A stretch of 63,440 nt of DNA, counting the filler, from Kipferlia bialata (taxonomy: Eukaryota), in the NCBI GenBank assembly GCA_003568945.1. It is 6 parts of 5 records of this genome, joined end to end, with 100 filler letters (N's around TTAATTAATTAA, not from the genome) between each part and the next. Parts side by side here need not be neighbours in the genome. Positions count along the whole stretch, not along the records: positions 1 to 13,292 come from BDIP01000966.1; positions 13,393 to 26,677 come from BDIP01000967.1; 4 more parts are not named here. One strand, given 5' to 3'. How positions within the stretch are numbered: position 1 is the stretch's first letter; each line of letters begins with the position of its first letter. Positions 1 through 13,767 of this stretch are shown here, in pieces. The position numbers and the translations under genes were made by a program. The notes beneath the pieces were generated by a model. It was not told the DNA's origin. It did not search any database and was given only the letters and a program-made list of their open reading frames with translations.

Positions 1-1747
1 AGATGCTGTTATCAACTTGATCCCTCCCCCCCCCCCCCTCCACTCTCTATTTGTCATCCCATGTCTCACTAACTAGGTTTGAGTCTCTGCTCCTCGCTGT
101 TCTCTCCAGATACGGTTCCCTCCCCCTCTCAGTCCCAGTGGTCATATACGACAGAGCAGGTCAGACCACTCTCTCTCCATGTAGTATAGTACACTCTGTG
201 TCTCTATCAATGTCTCTCATACATATCTCTCAATATATGAATCTTATTCCAGGCAACATGGACCTGTCCCCCCTCACCTCCATATGCCAGAGGGCAGCTG
301 GGGAGACAGGGGACCCTGTCCCCACCCCTCCCCCTGTATCTATATCTGTCCCAAACAGAGAGGCACTGGAGTGTGCGAGATGTGGCCCCTTCCTCCACCT
401 AGCCTCCATACCCACCCCATCTGTCATGAAGGGTATCACTACATACCTGGATGGGACAGAGACTGAGGATAAAGACAGTGCCTCCACCACTCTCTTCCTG
501 ACCAGGGATGTCAGTGCCCTCCCTCCCTCCTGCCAGCCACTACTGTCAGGAGAGGCAGGGCAGACCAGGCCCTACACATACATCAGGTATGACTGCAGTA
601 ACCTGTAAGTTGCATACTTCTTTATATGTCACAGTAACAGTGTTGACCTATACTGCATACCTATATCTTCCCACCCCAGTGTGCCTGACATGTCCAAGGG
701 CCACAGCACCATGGCCCAGACACTGACTAGTGAGGTCAGGGCCTGTCTATCCACACACCCAGTCAGGGCTGTGGTGCTGTACCACGGTCTCACAGCATCA
801 CACCTCCGTCTCAATGACTTCCTGTACACCATGTGCCTATCCATCTACAGGGGTGTCAGGGAGTGCCATGAGGGCAATGGGTGGGAGGAGGTTGTTAGGG
901 CCTTGCCTATTGAGCTGCATGACCAGAACCATACGGATAGCAGGGCCATAAAGGTATAGTGCAGTTGTGTATATAGTGTGTATGACTTCTATGTACTCAT
1001 GGACCCACTATTTGCCACCCACCCCCAGCCAGACAGATACATGGCACAGGTCCAGAGGGCACTTGACACTGTGTTGACCGAGGGTGCATAGGATATATAC
1101 CACAGACATGAGCTGGTGCTATATGATGCTCAATGAGCACTCCTCATTCTACCACTGGCACTGACACCCACTCAGTTGGAAGGAGGGGTCCTACTAGGCC
1201 CGTTTGGATGTGTCAGTGGTTGCCACTGTAGTGGAGAGCAGGCTATTGATAATTGATCAGGTGCTCTAGTCGGGAACCCATCAACATAGGCGGCAACCAG
1301 GACGGTCTGCCGGTGAGTCATGGCAGGACTCCCATGGTCTGGTTGGAGAGGGACTGGATGTGACCGAAGAAACTCCTATCGATCTATGACGCAGAGAGTA
1401 TATGGCTCAGTGGAGAAGAATACCAATTGCAACGTAAATGCAACAGGACTCTATAAGGATATAGTGTAATCGTTGAGACACCATCTATTATTATATCTGT
1501 CCCTACATCAGATCGTAAGGTGGTGGCAAATCGTAGGACACAACAATAGATACACACATTGGATGTTGTGTATATATATAGCTGATCACAAATGATAGCC
1601 ACCAATCCATCACTACACTGATAGGATATAGAATATGAAGACCTGACCCACTCACTCTCTCCTCCCTCTCTCCCAGACCCCTCCCCTCCCCTACCACCCC
1701 AGCATGGCGCCCATCCTGTCTAGCATACCAGGGCCTGCACCAGCCAG

Positions 1748-3949
1748 CTACTTGGTGACATCCATCCTCTGTCTGAGGAATGCGAGGTATGCCGACTCCC
1801 CCCACCAGTGTGACAGGTGGGATAGTTGGGGGTCGGTGAGGCTGGCCAACTTGTGTGGGTCCTCCCTCTGCACCAGTATGTATGGGAAGCAGAGGGGGTG
1901 CATCCACTCATTGGACAGGGTGCTGTCCTGATCAAGGTGGTCTATGCCGTGGGTGTTGGTCACAAAGAGTGCATTCAGCCCCCCTACCCTAGGGTGTGAC
2001 ACTGACTCAGGGGGGGTGGGTCGCTGCTCCCCACAGTCCAGACACACCCATACGGCATCGGATAGACCAGAGACAGGGGCAACTGGGCCATGACACCCAG
2101 TGCATACGGCGCAGGGCTGCATCAGGGCCTCCATCCTGGCCTCATGGGATATACGCGGTATAGCAGATGCACACACTCCACACGCAGCCTGGGTGAACTC
2201 GTCGAATGCCTCACAGGCCCAGCAGTCACACTCAAAGCCCCAGTCCCGCCTCATCCTCTCCCTTCTGTTAGGGCTGGGCATGAAGTTGGCGTAGGCTAGA
2301 GAGACGTGGTCACCGGCACTGATGTCGCGTAGACACTTGAGCTGTAGGCGAAGCCCCCCTCCTTCCTCCCTCTCGATAGCAGGCTCAGCAGTGGGGCGGC
2401 AGTGGTGGTTGGCGAGACACACAAACGGACAGAGCCCCACCAAATCCCCTATGAACCTATCTTGTAGCTCATAGTGGGAGAGCAGAGCGGTATGGGCGTA
2501 TCTGCCTGCTTCTCTGTGGGATAGACATGGGACAGCACCCTGGAGAGAGTTGGCCAGGTCAGTGACAAGTCCAGACACAGGTTCACCCAAGGCATGTGGC
2601 ACCCCGCCCTCCTCCCTGTACTTACAGAGAGGCAGGGCGGCCTGGAGGACACCAGCCTCCGAGGCAGACAAGTCCTTGGGGGACATCCTCTCCAGAGCCA
2701 TGAGTCGGATGGCAGCTCGCATGGTAGCCGATGTCTTGCGCAACTGTGAGTGAGAGTGGGATAGAGCTACTGCGGTCGTATAACACCCGAACTGACCTTG
2801 ACGCCTTCTAGCAGACGACACTCTGCCTTGTGGAGTGGCTTGTTAGAACAGGAGGCACAGTAGCCTAGGTTGCAACGTGGGCAGCGACTGAGAGACACCT
2901 TCCTCAGACAGTGGTTGCAGTGTGGGGAGTTTCGGTACTGCTCTCCGCGGAGTAGGAGAATAGCAGGGAGGTCACACACCACCTCTCCTGCCTTGCAGGG
3001 TGTGGTGGCCAACAGGGACCGTCCCTTATACCCATCCATGGCAGCCACCACAGGCTGGGGGTGGGGAAGGGACAGGTTGCATATGGGGAGAGTGGCGCGG
3101 AGCACTTCGTCAGAGAGGGTCTTGCAATAGGCGTCGCTGCTGGAGAGCAGGGGGGCAATGGTAGCCTTGGCCTGCTGCTCCTGTCTCTTGGCACACTTGG
3201 TGATGGCCTTAGAGAGCTGAGGGTTACTGAGTGGGGAAAATGATGGATATCATTAGACTCAAGACTTGGGCATTACCCACCTTGGCCCCAGTTCCCGTCT
3301 TGAGAGTCTCAGCTCTGTCAAAGTCTGTGCGGCTAGTCTGAATGGTAAGCAAAGGGAGGGCACTGGATATGCATTGCCATACGACTCCCGGCCAGGAATA
3401 CTGTAAGACGGCCTCACCACATGGTCTCCCAGGAGATACAGGGCTTGTGCCCTCCAGAAGTGTGCCTTGACATGATTGGCGTCTGTACCGAGGATCTGGA
3501 GGTGTTAGATTGAATACTTGAACAGGAACAGAGTATCTACCACGCACCTCCGTTGTGTCTGCGACTACCTCTCCATATGACCCCAGGTGGAAGTGGCAGA
3601 TGGCACGGTTGCTAGGGTGAGACCACTTGCGGGTACATGATAGGGGAGGAGCACTATCGGCATTCTCACAAGTATCATATACTTATGAATTCATTGTTAT
3701 ACTCACATTAGAACTGGCGCTGCCCCTGGACACACCCGTAGTGCATCTGAGTATGTGACCACAGCCTGAAGGTACTGACCGGCTGGTGTGAAATATACAT
3801 CAGACAGAGGAAAGATATATATCTAAGGCAGGGAGGAGAAGAGGGGGGGGGGGGATACACACAGAGAGTATAGTGAACCATTGCTCACCCTTATACAAGC
3901 TGTCTCCCTTCGCCTTCAGGTCCAGTACCTCTGCAGGTAGTTGAATCAT
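1748..3949 (-). CDS. TPR + MYND zinc finger + SET domain protein (SMYD4-like lysine methyltransferase), multi-exon; 5' end approximate
   Basis: TPR-like exons (LKAKGDSLYK/AGQYLQAVVTYSDALRVCP; SNRAICHFHLGSYGEVVAD). MYND HCNHCLRK...CPRCNLGYCASC...HKAEC. GT-AG intron 2796-2744 joins to SET/post-SET motifs LANHHCRP...LRDISAGDHVSLAY...WGFECDCWAC. Confidence 0.85.
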
Positions 3950-4552
3950 ACCTGGATTGAGTTGAATAGAGAACCATAACAGGTCGAGAGAGTGCAAGTG
4001 GCAGCATAACTACATGAGAAGACTGCCAACGAAGAGATTCAGAGTGTATGGAGAGGAAGGAAGGGGAGGGGAGGGGATATAATATATATTCATGGACAGA
4101 GAGACTCTATCTGTAACAAGATGAAAGACGACATCAGAACAGAATAGGTAGACTGCGTCCTCAGCACTATAACAACAGAACATTTACATCTGCCTCACCT
4201 ACAACGTCTAGTGACTTACAGACACTGGTAGAGAGTAATATATGTCATAGTCAGACCTGGCCTAAAATGATGAATCCCAACAGAGTTGAAATGGACTCTC
4301 CACTCTCTCTCACTCACACTGCTTCAGAGTCGGAGGAGAACTGCTATTGATACAGGACACATTGCTGCTACACCAGACACCTAGCCCTAGTCCAATATGC
4401 TGGACGCAGATGGGGACTTCACCCTGAAGGTGGGTTTTACATAGGGTGCATATCACTGGTATAATGATTAGAGTGTGAGCACTCTTGTCATTAGAATGAG
4501 TCACTGACTTCGGATACGTGCATAAGTCACGGAAGAGAGTGTGATGTGTCTA

Positions 4553-4594
<42 letters not shown>

Positions 4595-5552
4595 CCCTCT
4601 CTCTCCTTTNNNNNNNNNNNNNNNNNNNNNNNNNNNNNNNNNNNNNNNNNNNNNNNNNNNNNNNNNNNNNNNNNNNNNNNNNNNNNNNNNNNNNNNNNNN
4701 NNNNNNNNNNNNNNNNNNNNNNNNNNNNNNNNNNNNNNNNNNNNNNNNNNNNNNNNNNNNNNNNNNNNNNNNNNNNNNNNNNNNNNNNNNNNNNNNNNNN
4801 NNNNNNNNNNNNNNNNNNNNNNNNNNNNNNNNNNNNNNNNNNNNNNNNNNNNNNNNNNNNNNNNNNNNNNNNNNNNNNNNNNNNNNNNNNNNNNNNNNNN
4901 NNNNNNNNNNNNNNNNNNNNNNNNNNNNNNNNNNNNNNNNNNNNNNNNNNNNNNNNNNNNNNNNNNNNNNNNNNNNNNNNNNNNNNNNNNNNNNNNNNNN
5001 NNNNNNNNNNNNNNNNNNNNNNNNNNNNNNNNNNNNNNNNNNNNNNNNNNNNNNNNNNNNNNNNNNNNNNNNNNNNNNNNNNNNNNNNNNNNNNNNNNNN
5101 NNNNNNNNNNNNNNNNNNNNNNNNNNNNNNNNNNNNNNNNNNNNNNNNNNNNNNNNNNNNNNNNNNNNNNNNNNNNNNNNNNNNNNNNNNNNNNNNNNNN
5201 NNNNNNNNNNNNNNNNNNNNNNNNNNNNNNNNNNNNNNNNNNNNNNNNNNNNNNNNNNNNNNNNNNNNNNNNNNNNNNNNNNNNNNNNNNNNNNNNNNNN
5301 NNNNNNNNNNNNNNNNNNNNNNNNNNNNNNNNNNNNNNNNNNNNNNNNNNNNNNNNNNNNNNNNNNNNNNNNNNNNNNNNNNNNNNNNNNNNNNNNNNNN
5401 NNGGGCGCTTCACAGCCTGGGGTAAGAGGGGATATAGGCGAGAGGGGGGGGGGGCGGATTTGCTGGTGGGGCATAGTACCTCTAGTACATATATCTCGAA
5501 AATGGCATAATGAAGATGTATTGGCATACACAGTAAAATTCAGTGTTGGATA

Positions 5553-6788
5553 CCTTTGGGGCCTCGACCTCCACCTCCATAGCCTCGGTCTCAACCTCAA
5601 CGTCCATGGCACCAGGCTTGGGAGGGGAGGGGGGGAGGGCGGAGGCAGGGATGGAGACCTAGGGGGTGAGAGAGAGACAAGGCTCCAACAACAGTCAAAC
5701 ACATACAACTAAGATATAGTCTATAATATCAATGTATGTACAATGAGATACTGTGTATATTCGCACCTCCTCCATCCCCACCACAGGCTGCACCTTCTTC
5801 TCGACTGCCTTCTTAGCCTTCTTGGCCCTGGGTAGGGAGGGGGCCTTGAAACCTGCCTCACGCAACTGGGTTAAGAGAGGGGATGGAGAGGGAGAGGAAT
5901 AGATAGGGAGAAGGGAGTGGTAGTGTGTGAGAGAGAGATTCTGATATATCGTTTGTGTGGATGGGGCCTTGACACCTGTATCACGGACTCTTGGGGTGAG
6001 AGGAAGAGGGAGAGGGAATAGGGGGGGGGGGGGCTAGAGGGAAAGAATCATACAACCAGTATCCCGTTTGCGTAGAGAGCAGGGGTAGGGGGGAGGGGGG
6101 CATATTGAATAGTACCTGGATCTCGTCTGTGTACACTGGTCTCTCAGGGTCAGAGCCCTTGGACATCTGGAGGAACTTGATACTGGGGTGAGACCCCAAT
6201 ATACGTATATATATATATACAAATATATACAGATAGATAGATATAAATGAATATATACACAGAGGCCTTGTAATTTAGAGGAACTTGATACTGGGGGGTG
6301 ACACAAGTGCAGATGGGAGTGGGAGTAAGTATGACATTGGATAGACTTAGATTGATCTGCCCCTGTACCTGATGCTCATTGGCATGCCCCTGGCCTTGTA
6401 CTCCTCGGCCAAGACACCGACAAGACCAGCCTCCTAGGGGGTCAGTAAATATATATATATACATATATACAGTATCACACCATAGAGGCGAGCGATGACA
6501 CTACATGCGTACCTTGAGGGGTGTGACAGCACATCCCCAGGGGGTGAAGAGGGTCATGGGTCTACGGGTAACAACGGTGCCGTAGCACTCCTTGGGGAAT
6601 GGGACGCAGTACATGAAGGACATCTGCTTGACAGAGGCGTGGTACAAGTCGAGGAGGGAGGCAGAGGTGGGCACAGAGACAAGGCACGCCAGCTCCACTC
6701 CGTGCATCACACGTGTGACAGTGAAGACGACTGCGGGGGCACTCACAGCCACAGCCACAGCCACGGTGCTCTCAACACTCTCTGACAT
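5553..6788 (-). CDS. Multi-exon host protein of unknown function; 3' part runs toward N gap, boundaries approximate
   Basis: Exon-like segments bounded by GT/AG (MSESVESTV...TPLK; EAGLVGVLAEEYKARGMPMS; IKFLQMSKGSDPERP; LREAGFKAPSLPRAKKAKK). Confidence 0.45.
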
Positions 6789-7295
6789 CCTCTCAGTGGA
6801 TGACTCAGTCAGAGAGGAGGTCGAGTAGCTGCACCCCTTTCACTCCTGTGTTTGTGACACACTTTGTGTCTTTGGGAGTGACTAAAGGGTGTAGTCATAG
6901 TGACTCTTGGCCTATGCTTCTCACCCAGGGTCAGGATAGGGTCAGGTGAGTACCACTGTTCTCAACCGATGTCAATCGGTCCGTGCTTGTCTTGCTGGAC
7001 GGGACTAGTTTCTATGTGTCTTCATATACATTGAAGAGCTCTGTCATGGTCATCCATCAGCAATACATACAGGAAATAGATCAGCACTGTGTATTTCACA
7101 TTCAGCCAGCATATCGCCAGTGTGTGATTCGTATAATACTGAGTGTTCTGCGTTACCATCCCCCCCCCCCCTCTCACCTCCTTCCTTTGAGTAGAGAGAG
7201 TTCGGTATCGACATATACAGACTGTATGTGTTACCTATCCACATTTCTCTCTCACCTTAGTGCTATAATCCCAACACTGATCTCTGACAAGCAGA

Positions 7296-8264
7296 GTGTA
7301 TATGGAACTACCTCTTGTTGATGATCGTGGCCCCTCCACCGAGTATGTGTCTGAGGAGTCCATTCTGCCAGGGCCCTCCCTAGATGACTCATCTGTCAGA
7401 CAACTGAACCTAAAGCACCCTCTTGACACTGGTGTTCTAGTGAGTATAGGAGGGGGTCAGGCAGCTTGGGTGGGGGTGATAGAGCAAGGGGGTGACTATA
7501 GGATGGCAGTTGTGCTGTATATGTACAGGTCAGACGGTACCTTCACTGAGCGACTGTTAGATGCAACTGTGAGTGGAGATGAGAGTGACCTATGCACATG
7601 TGTCAGGAGGGGAGAGCTCTGGATATTTGGCGCTAACCGTGTCTCCCCTGCCACGTGCAGTGATGTGAGCGTGTTGGACCTAGCAACAGAACAATGGAGG
7701 ACTATACCACGTACAGGTGTGTGGCCAGAGAGGTTGCATACCATTGGATCTGCACTTCAGGGGGAGATGTGGTATATCAGAGGGTTTCAACACACTGGGT
7801 CTATCCGTGACTCATACAATGAACCACGTATGTATGGGTTCAACCTCGATACTTGTCTGTGGACAGACCCAATGGATCCTAAGACTATTCTCCTGAGCCA
7901 GCTCAATGATATATCGGACAATGGCATTCTCTTTTCTCCCAGGACCAAGCGCGTGTACAGCAGATCTAGTGAGGGTCACATTCACTTCCTTACACACTGC
8001 CCCCAACCCTCGTGTCACGTGGGATTAGTGATGGAGAGGCACCTTGCATTCTTCGGTGATGCAGATGATAAGGGAGTATTATACTGGTACTGTCTGGTGT
8101 CAGGTGAGTGGATGAGGAGTGCCACTCCCATATCTGGGATACCCATGGAGTACTGTCTGATTGGACAGGATACGGCCATGGTCGTTACTATGCAGAATTG
8201 GCCCAGGCTTGTCAGGGCATATCTGGTGAATCTCTCAGTGCCAGGGGGAGATGGCTGTCAATGA
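7296..8264 (+). CDS. Kelch/beta-propeller-like protein (lineage-expanded family)
   Basis: 322-aa ORF with Kelch-like blades (GELWIFGA...VSVLDLATEQWRTIP..GVWP; MWYIRG...YGFNLDTCLWT); clear paralog of 9322-10320. Confidence 0.7.
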   Translation: MYMELPLVDDRGPSTEYVSEESILPGPSLDDSSVRQLNLKHPLDTGVLVSIGGGQAAWVGVIEQGGDYRMAVVLYMYRSDGTFTERLLDATVSGDESDLCTCVRRGELWIFGANRVSPATCSDVSVLDLATEQWRTIPRTGVWPERLHTIGSALQGEMWYIRGFQHTGSIRDSYNEPRMYGFNLDTCLWTDPMDPKTILLSQLNDISDNGILFSPRTKRVYSRSSEGHIHFLTHCPQPSCHVGLVMERHLAFFGDADDKGVLYWYCLVSGEWMRSATPISGIPMEYCLIGQDTAMVVTMQNWPRLVRAYLVNLSVPGGDGCQ

Positions 8265-8933
8265 ATATATGTGTGAGATTCTCACTAAGAAGTCAGCTAC
8301 TATGTAATAGATTTGTCCATCATCTCGGCAGTGACAAGGGGAGATGGCTGGGAGTGAATGAGTATATGTGTGAAAAGTAAGGCTGGCATATATAGTCAAC
8401 TACAATGTGATATATTTGTCCATCGTCTCATGGATTCTATACCTATATAGATATATTGACCAAATTGGCGTAGTTACTACTATAAATTGTAGTCTGTAAT
8501 GATACTGAGTATGATTTATGTTGGAATGTTCACCACATTATCAGATATGTGTCGAATATCTCCTTTACTATCACCAACCAATATCGGAGAATCGGAAATA
8601 CGGAGATTCTCCTTCCGGGGTCCGGATGCCACACAGTTACTGTGCTATCTTTATCACCATTCCCACGTGGACATACTCTCATTGTGAGACTACAGGGTCC
8701 GACTGGTATCCATAAACTGAGACATAAGGTATGATGGCATGAGATACACTCTGGTACTCCCTTCATCCCGCAGCATTGCCCTATGGTTGTACCAAGTGAT
8801 ACATATTGTATCAGATATCACTCCCACATACACCTTCTCTTGAACTGAGTCGAGCATTCAGGCGCAACATATACATTCTCCTATACGTCTCTAACTGTCA
8901 GTCATCCCCCCCCCCCACTTTCCCCCAACTCGT

Positions 8934-10320
8934 ATGGAAGATAGTGTGTCTGAGGGTTATGATTACGACCATTATGGGCTGAGAGACACACTTGAGGATG
9001 AGACCCTGAATGTGTACCTCAATGACAGGTAGTATCATCATATTACTAATATGCACTTTCTCTTAATAGTTGGTGCTATTCTTGTGCACATATAGTATGT
9101 GACATATTAGAGTTGTGTCCACACAACTCAGTGTGTGTGATGACTTATCACTGATAACCACACACTATATACACTGAATATATTATGGCTGAGTATGGCA
9201 TTCAGGTTTAGACTAGTAGTTATTAGTATAGTGTGTGAATTATCCTTTGAATTAGTTCTAACCTCTACCCCCTCACCCCACCAGTACAGGCAGAATAGCA
9301 GAGAGGGAGCTCAACCTCCTCGTGGAGGATATAGGTCCAGAGTATGACAGCATGGCGGATGTACCTGGTATCCTGGACTCAGATGTAAGGCGTGGCCCAG
9401 TTATCGACCCATCCTCAGTCACACTCCTGGGCATGACCCACCCTCTAGTGTCAGGTGACCTAGTCAGTCTGGGAAGGGGTCAGGCTGCATGGGTGGGGAC
9501 AGTTCAGAATGTACAAGGTGATGCCAACAGGACGGCTGTGGTGCTGTACTCATTCAAGTCAGACGGCAGCTTCACAGAGAGACTCCTGTCGAATGCACCT
9601 GTGAGTGGCGATGACTCTGATCTGTGCACTTGTATCAGGGGGGAGGAGCTGTTTGTGTTTGGTGCTGATCGTGAGTCCCATGCCACCAGCAATGATGTCA
9701 GTGTATTCAACATAGTGACAGAGGAGTGGAGGACCCTGCCCCACACTGGTGTATGGCCGCAGAGTATGCACTCTATGGAGTCTGAGGTCCAGGGCAACAT
9801 GTGGTACATCAGGGGCTCTGTGCAGGTTGAGGGTGAGGCTGACTCCTATGAGGCACCTAGGCTAATATATGGGTTTGACATGGATACCCATATGTGGACA
9901 AAGCCATTCCCCTCGGGTACCATGCTACTAACCAGCGAGCCGAACCCCTCATCTGACCGTGCCATCTACTTCTCATGGATTAACCAGCTAGTGTATTCCC
10001 ACACGTCACAGGAGGGGTGCAGACTTCTGACCAAGTGTCCATCTGAGGCTCTGGTTCCAGGACTGGTGTTGGATCGTCACGTTGTGTTCTATAAGAGGAG
10101 CATAACAGGGCAAGCAGCAGTCTACTGTTACTCTCTCGTATCAGGTGTCTGGTATAGGAGTGACAGCCCCCTCTCTGGATACCCATGGAGACACTGTCTG
10201 ATAGAACCCCTCACTGCACTTGTCATCACATACCAACCCCTCCCAGATGACACTACGGTTGTGAGGCCATACCTGATGCAGCTATATATGCCCGAGGAAG
10301 AGGACGCTGTCTCTCATTAA
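8934..10320 (+). CDS. Kelch/beta-propeller-like protein, tandem paralog, two exons
   Basis: Exon 1 from ATG 8934 (MEDSVSEG...NDS), intron GTAGTA...CCAG spliced in frame into ORF 9322-10320 (EELFVFGA...VSVFNIVTEEWRTLPHTGVWP); shares SDGxFTERLL and SGDxSDLCTC with upstream paralog. Confidence 0.7.
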
Positions 10321-10419
10321 TACACTTCTGGTGACATATCATAGTATTGTCATCTGCCATACAATAGAACCTGTCATACACCAACTGTACACGGTCTATT
10401 GTTCCTATCAGCTACACCT

Positions 10420-12752
10420 TGAGCACACACTTTGACACATACCCATCCCCTAGCATCTTCTTAACCTTGAGAGGCAGGGCAGATAGAAGGGTGGCCCTCT
10501 CCCGGCCAAGGTTACCGAGAACAGTCACGCACACACACACCTAAAGGGTCAGAGAATGCATACTCTGTAAATGTATATGGGGCACAATCAGAGATATCAC
10601 CAAAACCAACCTGTCCCTCCTCGACTGCTGCAGTCACCCCCTTGACCTTGAAGCCCATGGCCTCTAGACCCTTTATCAGGACAGGGGCCTTCTCAAGGGC
10701 CAGGTCACACACTTCCTGACACTCACTCCTAACCGGTTAGAGAGCCACAATAACAATAAACTTCTACACAGTACGAAGTATAGTGATCCCTACCTAAACT
10801 TTGGCTTCGCTAGAACTGCCACCTCTAGAGAGGGCTCATCTACAGGGACACTTGCACCTAGGGTTTAGAGCTCTGATACAACCATCACACATATAACTCT
10901 GCAAGCTATATTACTGTCTTGGCAGGGGAATTTGTGCTCCCTTCTCCCTCTCTCTCTCTCGATACATATATATGCAAACACGAACACACCTATACACGTA
11001 CCTATCTTGGCTAGTGCCTTCTTACTCCTGAGTGATGTCATGACCACACTGCATGGGAATGGCAGCAGAGACACATCGGTGGGGCCACACACTATGCTGT
11101 CTGTCGTGTATACAGTTGGGTCATCACCCCGGTCGGCATCCCTGTCCACACCCTGGGCAAGCTGGATCTGAAGGGGTTAGTATATATACATACATACCAT
11201 TCATATCCATGTGGTATACATTAATGTATATATACTCTACAAATATATACCTTATCCCATGCATCGTCGAACGTGTCAGGCAGGTCCAGACTGGCAAAGG
11301 GGGCACACCCGGCATACCCCCTGCAGTATGTGGCCCAGTGGCCATCAAGGGGTGTGTATGCATAGCTGGCACCCTCTGCCACCTCCATCTCATCCTGGCA
11401 TGTATACACAGGCAGGGATGAGGGGGTGACATCCACCCCTGCTGCCTTGACTGCCTGTAGCACAGAGGAGGGTATGTCCACCCTGTCCCCTGCTGTGGAG
11501 GAGGGTGTGTACCCATGGGAGGATAACACCCCTCTCTCCCTGTCACCAACCCATGCCAGCATGTAGGGCAGGGAGGATGGACCTAGAGACACAGCAGCAG
11601 CGGTAGGGGGGCAGAGGGGGGCGGGGAGGAGGCAGGGGGTGGCGTCAGACGGGATGGTCTTGCCCTTTTGTTAGGGGAGGCTATAAGTAGTACTTGAGGC
11701 TGCGTAGTAGTGGATTTCTATACATAAGAGTACCTCGTCCTTCTTCAGAGCCATGGCCTCCAGTCTCCTCTCCACATAGGCACTCTGGGGGTGAGAGACT
11801 GAACATAATCGCGCAAAGAACGATCGTCTATACGGGGTGCTATTGCCACACCCAGATGAATTCGAGCCCATGCTACACTATTGTCCCCCCACCTTGATCT
11901 CCGCCTTGACTGCCTCGTGCTCCTCCTGCCACCCAAGGGCAGATACCAGTCTGGGGGTGGGGGTACTAGTCAAGACTCTTATGAAGAGATATGCACACTG
12001 ATACACTACACGAACACCTGTGCAAGCTATGATCTGATTGAGTAGCTCTGTATATAATTGTAGAACAATACAGATATAGAAGACACAGTATATCTATCTA
12101 CCTGTGTATGCTGTCGTCTGCGTTGCCCTGTAGGAAGTAGTCATTGGCCCTAGGCACGACAAAGTGCTTGGCCCTCTCCTCAGCGGGCAGGTCTATGGTG
12201 AGGGTAATGTATGTATACGACTGAGTAGATATATACACACTTAGTATGGAACCGATACCTGCCAGCCGGACTGTCCTGACCCCCTCGGAGGTCACTGCCT
12301 GTATGGTTCCAGGCTCGGCAATGCCACCAGCTGGCTCCCTAGGGTCAGCACTGTGTACACGACAATAGATACTGCAACTGTATCACTATACATACTATCC
12401 CACCTATTGCCGAGGACCCTTATGTACACATAAACTTAAACGGGTGTGTTATAGTAGATCTACAACTAGATCTACTACATATATATATATATATATACTA
12501 TCCCACCTGTTGACCAGCACCCTCATGCACCTATATACACATACACGAATACAGGTGAGGTATATAAAGTGTCTAGTGTAACTATACCAATATAGTCAAA
12601 TACCTGTTGACCAGTACCCTCATGAACCTATATATCCATATACTAATCGAAAGGGTAACACATTTACCAATATATAGTCCAATACCTGTTGACCAGCACC
12701 CTCATGCAGTCCTTGTGGGTGGTGTGGGGCAGAAAGGCAAAGGGGGCAACCT
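10420..12752 (-). CDS. Multi-exon host gene of unknown function; boundaries approximate
   Basis: Series of GC-richer exon-like blocks (e.g. 11221-11592, 10512-10712) separated by AT-rich GT-AG introns. Confidence 0.4.
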
Positions 12753-13336
12753 GGGGTGAGGTATGGTAGGATAATACTAAGTGTGGACCTTTCAATACCA
12801 GCAAGGCCACAAGGGAACACCGAGTTAAAGTATATTCATTGTAGGAAGGAAAAGTGGGCAAACTGTTGGTTGCGAGACTATTCAAAGGAAAGAACGGTTC
12901 CTCTATGACAACAGGGACGGATGCACAGGGAATATATTCATTGTACTAAGTACCTTGAGTGAAGTGCCGAGTACAATACAGGCGGAGCATGATCTAAGAT
13001 CGGCCCTGAAGGTGAGGCAGAGACAGTTGTCATGGACGTGTGAGATTAACGATACGGAAAAATCGAGATATGAAACAATCACTCTACCACTGATACCTCC
13101 TGTTATCGAATGAGTCTGGCAGGCCCTCCCCAAAGAACACAATGTCTGGCTTGACAGCACACCCACACTGGGGGTGGGGGGGGGGGGATACATTATAGTA
13201 TGTCATTATGCATAGGAATAATAGTATATATGAAGTATACCACACTGGGGGTGAGGGGGGGGGGGGGGGGTGAATGCAGGTAGTAGTATTTTNNNNNNNN
13301 NNNNNNNNNNNNNNNNNNNNNNNNNNNNNNNNNNNN

Positions 13337-13348
13337 TTAATTAATTAA
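13337..13348. other. Artificial contig linker TTAATTAATTAA within N runs (also 26722-26733, 40100-40111, 53467-53478, 57404-57415)
   Basis: Identical six-frame stop linker flanked by N runs, five times; adjacency across it is not biological evidence. Confidence 0.95.
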
Positions 13349-13392
13349 NNNNNNNNNNNNNNNNNNNNNNNNNNNNNNNNNNNNNNNNNNNN

Positions 13393-13670
13393 AATCCATT
13401 CTGGTGCTGGTGAAGAGGTTGTGGGTACCGATGCCGATGCCAAGTGACCAAAACCTGGATATAAGCCTCAAGTAGTAGCAGTATAGGTCATGTATAGCAA
13501 GGGAAGAGGCAGTAGTGTCACTGATGTGGAGATAAGAGCCAAAACATAGTACCAAAATGAGGAATATCCAAAACAACGATAACGGTCACCGAAAACACAC
13601 CCACCTTGTCCCTCTCTTACCTATTGTGCATATGGGCAACGTCTAGGAACCCAGGGACCTCGTCTATCAG
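13393..13670 (-). CDS. Two exons of a probable spliced host gene flanking the viral element
   Basis: Acceptor CATCAG at 13671, exon 13670-13621 (LIDEVPGFLDVAHMHN), intron GTAAGA...CATCAG 13620-13521, in-frame exon SDTTASSLAIHDLY... to contig end. Confidence 0.45.
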
Positions 13671-13767
13671 CTGATGTGAGTGGTAGAAAGGCCAATGGTC
13701 TTGGTTGGTCCGATGACGTGAATGACAAAGGGTCTAGTGCATAAAAAATATGAACCTGCTCTCATAC

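Noticed and set aside
4527..5712. Long ORFs spanning 4.5-5.7 kb
   Set aside because: Artefacts of translating through an N gap and poly-C
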